The position numbers and the translations under genes were made by a program. A stretch of 64,000 bases of DNA from Octopus bimaculoides (taxonomy: Eukaryota). This document shows positions 1 to 11,935 of this stretch, in pieces. The notes under the pieces were generated by a model, which did no database searches, had not been told where the DNA came from, and worked only from the letters and a program-made list of their open reading frames with translations. The number at the start of each line of letters is the position of its first letter. Within the stretch, counting starts at the first letter, position 1. The stretch is taken from NCBI RefSeq assembly GCF_001194135.2, contig NC_068992.1, positions 30,982,097-31,046,096 of the forward strand, written 5' to 3'.

Positions 1-40
<40 letters not shown>
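1..40. repeat. (TG)n microsatellite
   Basis: Pure TG dinucleotide run at the window start. Confidence 0.95.
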
Positions 41-41
<1 letters not shown>

Positions 42-392
42 TGTAACTCTAGTTGAGCTAACAGGTACATATATTGTAAATCCGTTGACAATACTTATTT
101 CCTTTTGCATTCGACCATTAATTATTCTGCATCTTCTTAATTGTCTTTTCAGAATAGCAAAATCTGAATCCCAATGTATTGTCTGTTTTTCATCGGATTA
201 CTAATTCACAAAGATTTTCTTTTTTTTTAGACTCTATTATTCGGTAGTTTGGTGTAGCACAACACATTGTTGTCGTTTGTAATTGGGTTTCCATCTATTT
301 TTTACCGATGATATTTTAGCAATTTCATTTTTACTCTTATATCTCATCCGAAAAATTTTTTGGTGTATTTAAAATACTAATATTTGCTTTAG

Positions 393-428
393 AAATTACT
401 CGAGAAATCGCTACATTCTCTTATTCAG
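393..428 (+). CDS. Candidate 36-nt internal exon of an unidentified host gene
   Basis: Acceptor tatttgctttag and donor CAG|gtacgt. Open in all three frames (frame 0 KLLEKSLHSLIQ). No homology recognised. Confidence 0.25.
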
Positions 429-1771
429 GTACGTTTCCTCCATGCAAATAATCAATAGTATAATTTGAGATTTCCTTCAACGTAGTCTATTCACATCCGC
501 GCAGAGATGCACAACCGAAAATCTTTCCTTAGATATTGTTTGTTGTGAAATCTTCTGTATTAAATTAATTTATTATTTGCTTATCTATTAATTACTTTAT
601 ATTATTTACTTTCTTTTCAGTTCTAAATCTTCTTACTAGTTAATCATGTGTACTATTCTGTTACCTCATCCACATTTACATAGAGTATGTACCAAATAGA
701 TCATTTACTTTCTCTCTCCATTCTTAATGACATATTTGAAGAATATGTGTTTCATATTATTATGAATTGTATAAATAATTTACCAATCAATGTTTTGATT
801 TATGCTACTACAGGTAGTTTCCTAATCTCATCGACAGAGGAACCAAATTATTTATTTTCACTAAATTACAATTCGGAAATTACATTAAAATATTTACTCT
901 ATAAATTCTGTAAAAACATATTGCTTATATATTCATCTGATTTTCTATGTATAGTGAACATTTAATAGAGATGTGGTAGAAATATTCCAGTCCTCATGTT
1001 TTGTAATCGCTTCGCAATTATTTGCTGTACAATATGTACATTTACTGTACACTATGCAGCAATATAATTTTTTTAAAGTATGTGTGCTGGCCAAAGTATT
1101 AGAGTAGGATTAGCAATTTTCCGTAATATTCCAGTAATCTTCTAAGTGTCTATCGCTTAGTATATGTTTTAATATTCAATAGGGGTTAATGTATTTTTGT
1201 CTGATATATGATTTTATATACATCTAATATCGTCTTGTAAAACCTCTATACATATCTGTAATTATTTACTTTTCCTAAAAGGAATAATTGTAAACATGAA
1301 AAAATTGAAATGCATTTTAACACTCCATACATTTATTTTCATTCTTTTTACACACGGCAATGATTATGCTGACCCTTTTGATTTTACGCTTTTAAATGTA
1401 AATACCAACTTTCCAATCACTTTTCATATTCTTTACTTACGCGTATGACTAGAACAAAAGATTAGTTGAAAATTTTAAGAGCTCTGTTGCTTTAGTTGTT
1501 TTGTAATTTTGTATAAGATTATTGTCCAATGCAAAATAATCATTTATTAATTGCAACTTTAGGTACTGATCATGATTTGAAGGTTGTCATTTGTTCGCGT
1601 CAAACATCATTATCCCTTGGAGGTAATTTGTCTTTCTTTCTAAATAGATCCATCATCACGTTAATTCATTTGTGTTCTTTACTTTTGGTTAAAGTTTGCT
1701 CTTCCTTGCGCCAACGACTACAACAACAAGAACGACGATGACAACAACAAAAAAACACCATAATAATAATA

Positions 1772-1984
1772 TTTCTTTCTAATAAAGGCAAAAGGCCTCA
1801 ATTTGGAAGTAGGGGACTAGTCGATACATCGACCCCAGTGCTTCACTGCTACTTAATTTATCGACCCCGAAAGTTTGAAAAGCAAAGTCGCCCTCAGTGG
1901 AATTTGAAATCAGAATGTAAAGACGGATGAAATACCACTAAACATTTTGCCCGGGGTTCTAACGATTGTGCCAGCTCGTCGCCT
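1772..1984 (-). mobile_element. tRNA-derived SINE (octopus-type)
   Basis: Minus strand reads ggcgacgagctggcacaatcgttagaacc...ttctgatttcaaattcc...gactttgcttttcaaactttcggggtcgataaattaagtagcagt (A/B-box-like head plus body). Related copies lie at 37680-37840 and 60178-60350. Confidence 0.75.
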
Positions 1985-1985
1985 C

Positions 1986-1987
<2 letters not shown>

Positions 1988-2060
<73 letters not shown>

Positions 2061-2062
2061 TG
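1988..2062. repeat. (AAT)n microsatellite directly upstream of a Dong fragment
   Basis: About 23 AAT units. Confidence 0.95.
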
Positions 2063-3075
2063 ATAAGGAGGAGAGGTGAGAGAGGTTTGATCAGTTGCCA
2101 GGATTGTATCGAAACAAAGGAAAACATCTTAGAGAGGTATGTAAAAATTACCGTAAAACCATTATGGAAATATTTGAAGAAGTCCGGCGTCATTAAAACT
2201 CAGAATTGTGTAAAGAAAGAAAAACTTAAAGGAAGAAAGAACACACTTACAAAAAAAGAAGAAGCACGGAAAGAGAAAAAAATACGGTCAGTTTGCAAGA
2301 CTGAGATAGATAGAGAAGACCGGAGGCTATGAATGAGGAGAGTGACATGAGGAGAGTGACATGAAGATAGAGACAGAAGTACTTATATGCGCAGCACAGG
2401 AATGAACATTAAGGACTAACTATGTGAAGTGCAGAATTAACAACACTACTGACAACGACAAATGCCGAATATGTGGTAAGAGGGACGAAGCGGTATGACA
2501 CATCGTTGGCAAATGCCGGAAATTGTCACAATACGGCTATAAATGATAACATGACAATGTGGCAGGAATGAGCCACTGGGAGCCCTGTGAAAATCACAGC
2601 CTACAAAATGCAAAATCGTGGTATGTGGAAAATCGCACAAGGATTTACCGAGAATGAAAATTCAATATCCTGTGCGATAATCTGTAAGGAATAAAAAAGA
2701 AAGAACGTACATGATAATCGGCATAGTATGTCCCAGTGACGAGAGGATCAAACAGAAAGAAGAAAACCTGAACAACTACGACTATTTAAACTGGGAAATA
2801 CAAGGGTTGTAGTCAATGAGAAGAGTAGACGTGAGACCCTTAGTAATTGGCGCACTTAGAAGATTCAGCATTCAAGTACCAACACGGCTCAAAAAGCTTG
2901 GAACAAATGTAAAAGTAGTACACCTTAAAAAATCAGTATTGCTTGGAACTGCAAGAATTCTTCGCAGGGTTCTTGAAGCATGACCAGTTATCATGTGTCG
3001 GCTTAGTTTGCTGGTAGTGGACAGCTGACACTTCCCACCATAGCCAGCAAAAGAAGGGAGAGTCTTCATCAAATA
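2057..3075 (+). mobile_element. R4/Dong-clade non-LTR retrotransposon, 5'-truncated 3' fragment (degraded)
   Basis: Frameshifted remnants of RRGERGLISC, ICAAQE..LRTNYVKCRI, the CCHC knuckle (CRIC..RHDNVA), the RLE region (IIGIVCPSDERIKQKEE) and the typical C-terminus LLGTARILRRVLEA* (TGA 2981-2983). A 3' UTR and a triplet tail follow. Confidence 0.85.
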
Positions 3076-3105
3076 GTAATAATAATGATGATGATAATGA
3101 TGATA

Positions 3106-3143
<38 letters not shown>

Positions 3144-3187
3144 AATGATGATAATGATGATGATGATGAGGAGGATGGTGGTGGTGG

Positions 3188-3248
<61 letters not shown>

Positions 3249-3250
3249 AA
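3076..3250. repeat. Compound (AAT)/(GAT)n triplet microsatellite (element tail)
   Basis: Long GAT run with AAT, GAG and GGT variants. Confidence 0.95.
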
Positions 3251-3269
3251 TACGTCCATATTATTAGAC

Positions 3270-3760
3270 TTGCCCAAAACCCCTACAAGGTGTGGCGTCA
3301 CGACTAGGCAGCGAATGTTCTCCACAGGAAACTGCGCAAAACGTGGAGGCTAGAGACTGAGGCAAGACGTGGTATGAACAGAGACCGCAGTGAGTGGCCA
3401 AGTCAGAGATTAGCAAAATCCTCTGGGATCTCCCAATCCAAACAGATCAGTTGCTATTGCATAAGAGACCGGACCCATTTATGGGGGACTACATATGAAA
3501 CATAGTTGATGTTGCATGCCATTTTCACATACCAATAGTCAAGAGGGAAGGCGAAATTATAGATAGATACATCCCTTTTATGTAGCCCGGATATGGAAAA
3601 TAAAGATGGTAAAGATAGTGACAATTATTGTTGGGTCATGTGGAATAGTGTGAGAAGGTGTCGAGGGAAATATAAAGGAAATGGGAATAGTGTACCCAGT
3701 AGATTTGCCTCCTTGGTACAACGAGAATAATCAGGAGAGTATTAGATAGCTGAAAAGAAT
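3270..3760 (+). mobile_element. Second R4/Dong 3' fragment (RLE domain remnant)
   Basis: Translates as YKVWRHD*AANVLHRKL, WYEQRPQ, KILWDLPIQTDQLLLHKRPD and EIIDRYIP..ARIWKIKMVKIVTIIVGSCGIV. Confidence 0.75.
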
Positions 3761-3845
3761 GAATAACATGTTATGGTAGGCTGTATGTATTAAGACTGTT
3801 ACGCATGCAAGATTTCAAGAGTTCCAACAAAACTTATGATGAAGA

Positions 3846-3858
3846 GATAATAATAATG

Positions 3859-3893
<35 letters not shown>
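3846..3893. repeat. (AAT)3-GAT-(AAT)11 array; left flank (target) of the near full-length Dong element
   Basis: Read directly from the sequence. Confidence 0.95.
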
Positions 3894-3895
<2 letters not shown>

Positions 3896-4098
3896 ACCGG
3901 GGATGTTTAACAAGACTACACCGGGGATGTTTAACAAGACTACACGGGGATGTTTAACAGAGACTACACCGGGGATGTTTAACAAGACTACACCGGGGAT
4001 GTTTAACAACGGGGATGTTTAACAAGACTACACCGGGGATGTTTAAAAAGACTACACCGGGGATGTTTAACAGAGACTACACCGAGGATTTTTAACAT
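3894..4098 (+). repeat. 24-bp tandem array (ACACCGGGGATGTTTAACAAGACT, about 9 units) forming the 5' end of the Dong element
   Basis: Head-to-tail units without spacers. Two variant units end in AGAGACT, two adjacent central units are partial, and the last is degenerate. Confidence 0.9.
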
Positions 4099-4340
4099 GT
4101 GAGAACGATAAATCACTGCTCCGAAATTTATCCAAAAACATCGGAAATAAAGACATCGCATGGAGCCAAAAGGTAGCTGACAAAGGGTTGGGCTATATCC
4201 GAGTAAGTAATACTCATTGAAATTTATTTATATTTTTCCAAATATAATGATGTATTTTAACTTGATACATCCACTACCCGCACAGCGATCATAAACACAC
4301 GTGTTACATCAAAATCAGACCATCTCCAAACTCAAACACA

Positions 4341-7300
4341 ATGTACAAAAAAACTACAAACATATTAAATAACACCGGTATTATTCCATCCAAGAATAAC
4401 AACCGAGAAGTGCGTACTGTAAGCTTATTACGCAAAAAGTACGAAGATCTGAATGTGCAAAACAATCTGACAACAGAAATGAACGAACCGGTACCCTACG
4501 AAAACGATGACCGTCAAAATAAAGGGCCGGACGTTGTTCTTCATGTCCCGCAAACAAAACCAAAACGGCCCTAAATGGACACGTGAGGAACACATTTCGA
4601 TCCTACACGCTTATTTCACAGCAGTGCTCTACCCAAAAAACGAAAACGGAACAACACATACATAAAACATATTGAAGAAAAATAATGTAAATAAAGACCT
4701 CGATAAAACAATGAACCCAAACAAACTAGCTGACATAAGAAGATATATTCTAAAAGCAAAAAAATATCAGAAATAGAAACAGAACTATTAAAAGGAAAAA
4801 TACATCAGGAAAATCTAGATAGTAGTCACACAGCAATGCCAAATAATAATATAAGCACTCAGATAGCGGAACACGAGGACAAACGTAACATTTCCGGCAA
4901 AAACGAAGTAAACAAAACATAACAAACCCATACCGTAGAGATGTATAATAGTGTACAAAAAGCACCAATCCAGAACACCACAGACAAGCATATGAATGAA
5001 AAGGAAGGCAAAACAAATCTAAAGCCTGGGAATAACGAAGGGGAACCTATTGATTAGGATACTATGAAAATGAGAATAACCAAAGAACTGAAAACCACAG
5101 ATCTTAGAATGGACCACAGATTATATCTCCCAAAAATCAAAATAGACAATAAAACAATATCAATAATAAATAGCATAAATCTGGCCGTAACGGAACTAAC
5201 AACCACAGAAACAACAGGCAATATCACTGAGCTAAATGACATAATATATACGGCAGTCACTGCAGCCACAAAAGAAGCAGGATACTCACTCAAACCCATC
5301 CGAACAGGAGTTCTACCACCCAAACAGACCTTGTGGATAAATAACATCCAGAACAATATTANNNNNNNNNNNNNNNNNNNNNNNNNNNNNNNNNNNNNNN
5401 NNNNNNNNNNNNNNNNNNNNNNNNNNNNNNNNNNNNNNNNNNNNNNNNNNNNNNNNNNNNNNNNNNNNNNNNNNNNNNNNNNNNNNNNNNNNNNNNNNNN
5501 NNNNNNNNNNNNNNNNNNNNNNNNNNNNNNNNNNNNNNNNNNNNNNCGACAAGATCCCCAACTTCTGGTTAAAACACCTGCCAGGAATGCATAAAAAGCT
5601 GGCAGAAAACTTTAACAACATACTAGCAGAGCCAGAGACAATGCCTGAATGGCTCACGAAAGCGAAAACCATCTTAATCTCCAAATCCACGGAAACGGAA
5701 AAACCACAAAACTATAGACCTATAACCTGTCTCCCTACGATCTACAAAGCCTTTACTGCAATAATATCGCAGAGATTGAGTAAGCACCTGGAAAATAACA
5801 ACCTGTTTCCAGAAGAGGAGAAGGGATTCTGCAAGGGCTTATACGGCTGTAAAGACCAATTATTGATCAATAAAACCATAACTGAAGAGAGCCGCAGAAA
5901 GAAGAAAGGCCTCAGTATGGCCTGGGTGAACTTCCAAAAGGCTTTCGACAGTGTTCACCACACGTGGATTCTGGAAACACTAGCCATAAACAAGGTGGTA
6001 TCAATCATTATAAAATACATAAGGCACTGAATGAACAAATGGCAGACAGTGCTACAGCTCCAAACAAAAGAGGGACTTGTGAAAACGAAACCTATCCCCA
6101 TTAGAAGAGGAATATTCCAGGGAGACACGCTCTCTCCACTTCTGTTCTGCTTGGCACTCACATCTTTAACTGAATTGCTAAATAGAACTGGTTGCGGTTA
6201 CAAATGCTACGGAAAAACAGTCAGTCACCTTTTATATATGGATGACCTAAAATTATATGCTAGAAATGACAAAGAGCTAGAAACACTACTACAGACAGTA
6301 CATGATTTACCAAGGAAATAGATATGAAATTCGGATTAGAAAAATGTGCCAAACAACCCTGAAAAGAGGAAAATTAGTTAAAAGTAGCAATATAACACTA
6401 GATAAAGCCAATGAAATAAGAGAACTAGACGAAAGCCAACCATACAAATATTTAGGAGTCAATGAACTAGATAGGATACAACATGCACAAATGAAAGAAA
6501 AAATAAATAAAGAGTACAATAGACGAGTTAGATCAATACTAACCTTAGAGCTCAATGCTAAAAACAAGATAATGGGTATCAACACTTTAGCTGTCCCAGT
6601 TATAAGCTACAGCTACAACATCCTTAACTGGACACTAAACGAACTATCTAAAATAGACAGGAACACAAGAAAAATTATGACAGGATATAGGATGCACCAC
6701 ACACAATCTGAGATAGAAAGGCTATATATACAACGCACAGAAGGTGGCAGGTGTCTTATACAGCTGTAAAACTATTATAAAATAACCACCATAGGACTGC
6801 AAAAATAGCTACTCCAGAAGCAAGGGAAACTAATACAAATAGCCACAAAACACGAGCAAAACAAAAAACTCTGTTCAATATGTAAGGAAGCTGACAAATA
6901 CAAACAAAAAATCAATTTACCTAACAAATACGAAGATGAAGTAGAAGAAGAAACAACAAAAGCTATAAAACAAATGAAATCCAAACTAAAACTAGAGCAG
7001 CAACGGACCATAATAAAACGATGGCAAGAAAAGCCCCTACATGGTAAATACTGGGCTAATCTAAATACAAAAGAAATAGACAGAGTAAAATCCCAGCAAN
7101 NNNNNNNNNGTAAATACTGGGCTAATCTAAATACAAAAGAAATAGACAGAGTAAAATCCCAGCAATGGTTGAGAAGCTCAGGACTCAAAGCAGAGACTGA
7201 AGGATGTTTAATTGCTGCACAAGACCAAAGCCTCCCCACCAGAAATTACCAAAAACATATAATGAAAAAAACATAACATGTAACTGTAGAATTTGTGGAG

Positions 7301-7592
7301 ACGGACAAGAAACAATAAATCATATTATCTCTGGCTGCCCAGTCCTGGCTAAGAAGGAATATATTCACAGACACGACAGCGCTGGGACCTATATACACTG
7401 GAAGCTATGCCAACACTATGGAATAACAACAGAAAAAAGATGGTATAAACACACGCCAGAAAAGGTCACAGAAAACGAGAAAGCAACCATACTCTGGGAT
7501 ATGCCAATACACACAGATAGAGAAATTAAGGCAAATAGACCAGGTATAGTTGTCAAAGATCATGAAGAAAAAAAATGCTTTCTAATTGATGT
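4341..7592 (+). pseudogene. Disrupted RT/RLE polyprotein of the Dong element
   Basis: In-frame TGA at 6028-6030 and frameshifts near 6310 and 7270. The RLE PD motif reads RPG (GGT at 7543-7545). Confidence 0.85.
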
Positions 7593-8124
7593 NNNNNNNN
7601 NNNNNNNNNNNNNNNNNNNNNNNNNNNNNNNNNNNNNNNNNNNNNNNNNNNNNNNNNNNNNNNNNNNNNNNNNNNNNNNNNNNNNNNNNNNNNNNNNNNN
7701 NNNNNNNNNNNNNNNNNNNNNNNNNNNNNNNNNNNNNNNNNNNNNNNNNNNNNNNNNNNNNNNNNNNNNNNNNNNNNNNNNNNNNNNNNNNNNNNNNNNN
7801 NNNNNNNNNNNNNNNNNNNNNNNNNNNNNNNNNNNNNNNNNNNNNNNNNNNNNNNNNNNNNNNNNNNNNNNNNNNNNNNNNNNNNNNNNNNNNNNNNNNN
7901 NNNNNNNNNNNNNNNNNNNNNNNNNNNNNNNNNNNNNNNNNNNNNNNNNNNNNNNNNNNNNNNNNNNNNNNNNNNNNNNNNNNNNNNNNNNNNNNNNNNN
8001 NNNNNNNNNNNNNNNNNNNNNNNNNNNNNNNNNNNNNNNNNNNNNNNNNNNNACATACCCAAGGCGCACAGAGCTGCGCTCGGTAGTGAAGTGAAAGCAC
8101 GTTATAAAAATAAAACTACTGAAC

Positions 8125-8134
8125 AATAATAATG

Positions 8135-8201
<67 letters not shown>
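8125..8201. repeat. (AAT)3-GAT-(AAT)21 array; right flank or tail of the Dong element
   Basis: Read directly from the sequence. Confidence 0.95.
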
Positions 8202-8360
8202 GTATAGAAGATGGGCTACAGCAAATATACTGCTGAAGAAGTATAAAAGACGGGCAACAGCAAATATTCTGCTCAATACCACAGATTTGTTTGTCAGTTG
8301 TTTGACATTAACCAGTAAACCATATCCCTTCGTGTCTGATGATATGTGCATCTCTGATCT
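8202..8360 (-). mobile_element. Fragment of an octopus SINE-like repeat
   Basis: acagcaaatattctgctcaataccacagatttg...gatgatatgtgcatctctgatc resembles a common octopus interspersed repeat (recognised from memory, not searched). Its end is partly duplicated. Confidence 0.5.
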
Positions 8361-8529
8361 TCAAACTTTCACCTTGGATTTCAAACTTCCTGAAGCACAA
8401 CAAGTCAACGTGTAATACGAATGTCCAATTACACCACTCTAATGCAGTACTGACCACAAAAAAATAATTTTAACTGCGGCATTTTCCAAGGCTACTCACT
8501 TTCACCTTTAATTTTTTGGTTAGCCCTAA

Positions 8530-9290
8530 TATCCCTTTAAAGTGAATTTAAGAGAAGCCGGTATGGATGGAAAATTGGTGACGAGAATATATGTCATCTA
8601 GTTTATAATGAGCTCGAAGGACTATTACATACTGTGAAAGCATTCTCTGATGACATCGAGATGGAATGTGATCTTGATAAATGTGCCTAGGCCACTTTCC
8701 AGAAAGGTAAATCAAATACCTCACATTCAGTGTTGTCGGATGTTGACACAATTATAAAAGAATTCGAAGAGCAACACATTATAAAATATCTCAGTAAAAA
8801 TGAAGGATCTGGCATTCAGCAGAAGTATGACAGAAGATCGGGATGGAGTGTTACAGGAGAGTTCGAGCAGTCCTAAAATGCGAGTTAAATGCACATAACA
8901 AGGTATTAGCTATAAATCCCTTAGCAGTTCCGGCTGCTACTTACAGTTTCAATGTGTTGAACTGGAATGTGAGAGAAATAAGGACGATTGACATGAAAAT
9001 CCGTAAGCCGTTGACTAACAATAAGGTGCACCACCGAAAGGCAGACGCAGATCGTCTTTACCTAGGAGATTGAGACTTGATCCAGTTTGAAATTTCCTAC
9101 AAAACCACCACATCTGGACTGGCCAAATATCTCGAAACATCTAACGACTTGATGCTAAAGCTCGTTGGAAACCATGAAAGACATAAGAAGCTTCATTCTG
9201 TTATGAAGGAGAGCAAAAAAAAATCTTCAAGTGAGTTTATGCATAATGCCCACGTTGTTAGAATGATGGAAGTGCAGTAACTGTAGTTGC
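8530..9290 (+). mobile_element. R4/Dong RT C-terminal fragment (degraded)
   Basis: FSDDIEMECDLDKCA, YRRVRAVLKCELNAHNKVLAINPLAVP..YSFNVLNW, HHRKADADRLYL and IQFEISYKTTTSGLAKYL. Confidence 0.85.
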
Positions 9291-9499
9291 AATGAATGTT
9301 AAATCAATAGCAAAACAAAATAATACACATTGTCCAAAAGATAACCATCTTATGCAAGACACTATCAATCCAATAATACAATCTAAACAAAACAACCCAC
9401 AAATACAGCATTTACCCAGTGAATTAAACTTCCACCATCAAGTTAGAAAACGAAAGCATTCCACACTCAACACCCAATACAAGCAACGGCAGAACAAGA

Positions 9500-11935
9500 A
9501 AACTGCGCCACACCTCAAGAAATAAAATAACTAATACAATATGGTATCGGGAAGAGTTTGCACTCTTTCAACAGTAGGAAAGAAAGCAGAATGATGCACA
9601 CACCCCAACAAAACAGATGTGTAGCATATGATGCAGTAGAAATTTGTCTGAGTCAACAAAATATTGAAAACTTATAATACAAATAGCAGAACGAATGAAT
9701 CAAACCAACTTCAACTAGAAGAATTATCAACATACCTGATAAGTTGCAAGATAAAACCTAAAACCTCCTTAGCCCTGCAGTATATACATTGCTAGCGTGT
9801 TAGGTGTAACATAAAGTACACAAAAAAAATCAAGAAGCCCCGGTGGAAAAAGAGAATCGAAAGGGACATTAAAATGCTTAGGAAACATGGTGAATTAAGA
9901 GAAAAGGAAAGGATTTTGCAATGTCCAGTATAATATAATAAGAAAGAGGATTTCGACGGTGTTAAAGAGCTGGAAGAATGGATACTTGCCAAAGCTGCAA
10001 AAGTCAAGAGGTATGAACAATAGCTGACGCAGTATAAACAGAATTGATTCTGTCAGGAAATGAATAACATGGTTTGGAATGCTGATATAATCCATGATGC
10101 AGATAAAAGTAAGAAATTTTGTGCTGATATCTGGAGTTTAGGAAAAGAGCACAATAAAAATCTGGGGTGGCTGACTGACATAAGATATAACATTGATGAT
10201 AATCACCATGAAGAATTAGAGATAACATCACATATGGCAATAATCCTGTGTAAAAAGATGCCAAATTGGAAGTACAATGCAAGGGTTCTAACTCAGGAAA
10301 CTGAGGGCCCTCCATGGGAGAATTGCTGGCCGACTGAACAAAATCCTGCTCTTGGAGAAAATGAAGGTTGACAACTATATACCTATATGTGGCCCTCACT
10401 ATTATGCGGAAGCTAATAATAGGTGTCATTGCTGAGGTAATGCATGAATACCCGGAGAAGATACTAATTGAAGAACAGAAGGAACGTAGGAGAAAGGCAG
10501 GGAGACTAAGGATCAGCTGTTGATTGATAAGTTATTCTTTAAAAGTTGTAACCGGAGGCACACAAACCTTGTCATAACTTGGATCGATTACCGCAAATCT
10601 CATGATATTGTGCTACATAATTTGATAGCGGAATTTTTGGAAGCATTTGATTTTGCAGCTAACCTTCTACGGTTGCTGGTGAACTGTATGAATGGTTGGT
10701 AGTCTGAGGTTACATAATGTAGACAAACATTGCGAGTTGTGAACATCAATAGAGGAGTATTCCTCAGAGACAGTATTTCGCCTTAGCTGTTTTTATTGTT
10801 CATGGTTTCACTTTTATTAGTGTTGAAAAGGGAAATAGCTCGTTACGAGTGGAGAAGATATCGGTGTAAAATAAACCACCTACTATTCATGAGTGATCTA
10901 AAGCTCTTTGCAAAGCACTACTACCAGGTTGATTCCCATGCACAGACACTTCATACATTCAGCATGAACATAAGAAAGGAATTTGGCTTAAAAACTGAAG
11001 GGTGCTATTTAGAGGAAGAATTTATAAAATGAAAGGATTTGTATTACCAGAGTGGCAAGTAATGGTAGAAATTGACAATGGTTCTAGATACTAAGTTATC
11101 CTGGAAAGAGACCAAATGAAAGAGAAGGAAATGAAAGAATTGTTATCAAAGGAAAATGCACTGAGACTGAAATTGGTTTAAATACAAAGTTGAGTGGTTT
11201 GAATAAGTTACTGGTTGTCAACACATGGACTGTTGCACTTCTACGGTATAGCGCTGATATAATAATGGAGCTTGATTGAATGACTAGGAAAGTCATGACA
11301 CTACAAGGTGCTTTACACCCACCAAATTGAAACGGATAGGTTATTTTTTACACACTAGAGAGGAGGAAGAGAAATCATTAGCAGTGAAATGTGTGTGAAG
11401 AATGGAAAAATAATCTGGGAGTTTATATAAGGAGTTCAAAGGAGAGATTCCTGGCCGGAGAAAGGACAAAAAATCTTAAACTGTAATGAAGCGAAGAAAG
11501 AGAGAGAATTTCAACAAGTAAGATAGAATGACACCTTGAAGAAATGGGGAGACGAAACATGACTGGTCAATTCTTGTGGAAAATTCTGAGATGGATGAGA
11601 GATAAGATCTGGGAATGGACTAGAAATAGCGACTTGAAAGTTGAAATTGAATTCATTTTTATCGCAGCACAAGCACAGGCACAGAGAACGAATTATATCA
11701 TGTTCAACATTGACAAATCAGTGACTTCTCCTTTGTAGTTTGCGTGGTGAGAAAGATGAAGCAGTAACTGTAAGATGCTTGAACAGAAAGAGTACAAGAG
11801 AAGAGACGATAACATTGCCATATTGGTTCACTGGAAATTCTGTCATAAGTTTGGCATGAACAGAAGTGAGAAATATTATGAGCAGCAACGGGAAAAGTTT
11901 ACTAAAAACGAACAATATAATACCTTGTGGGACAT
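9500..11935 (+). mobile_element. Long, heavily decayed R4/Dong element
   Basis: Remnants in the expected order: [77 protein letters not shown] and EYKRRDDNIA..HWKFC..NTLWD. Confidence 0.85.

Larger units (their letters stand above)
3894..8124 (+). mobile_element. Near full-length R4/Dong-clade non-LTR retrotransposon (single ORF: N-terminal domain, RT, CCHC knuckle, restriction-like endonuclease)
   Basis: N-terminal KWTREEHISILHAYFTA near 4570. RT motifs NYRPITCLPT, KAFDSV, GIFQGDTLSP and HLLYMDDLKLY (6232-6258). Knuckle CRICG..ETINHIISGC..HRHD and ILWDMPIHTD..RPGIV. Both ends abut (AAT)n. Three internal N-gaps. Confidence 0.93.

Noticed and set aside
3894-4098. 24-bp repeats as a CRISPR array
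   Set aside because: The units are contiguous with no unique spacers, there are no cas genes, and the context is eukaryotic.
7044-7165. 56-bp exact direct duplication in the Dong ORF
   Set aside because: The copies sit on either side of a 10-N gap, which is typical of unmerged overlapping contig ends. This is an assembly artefact.
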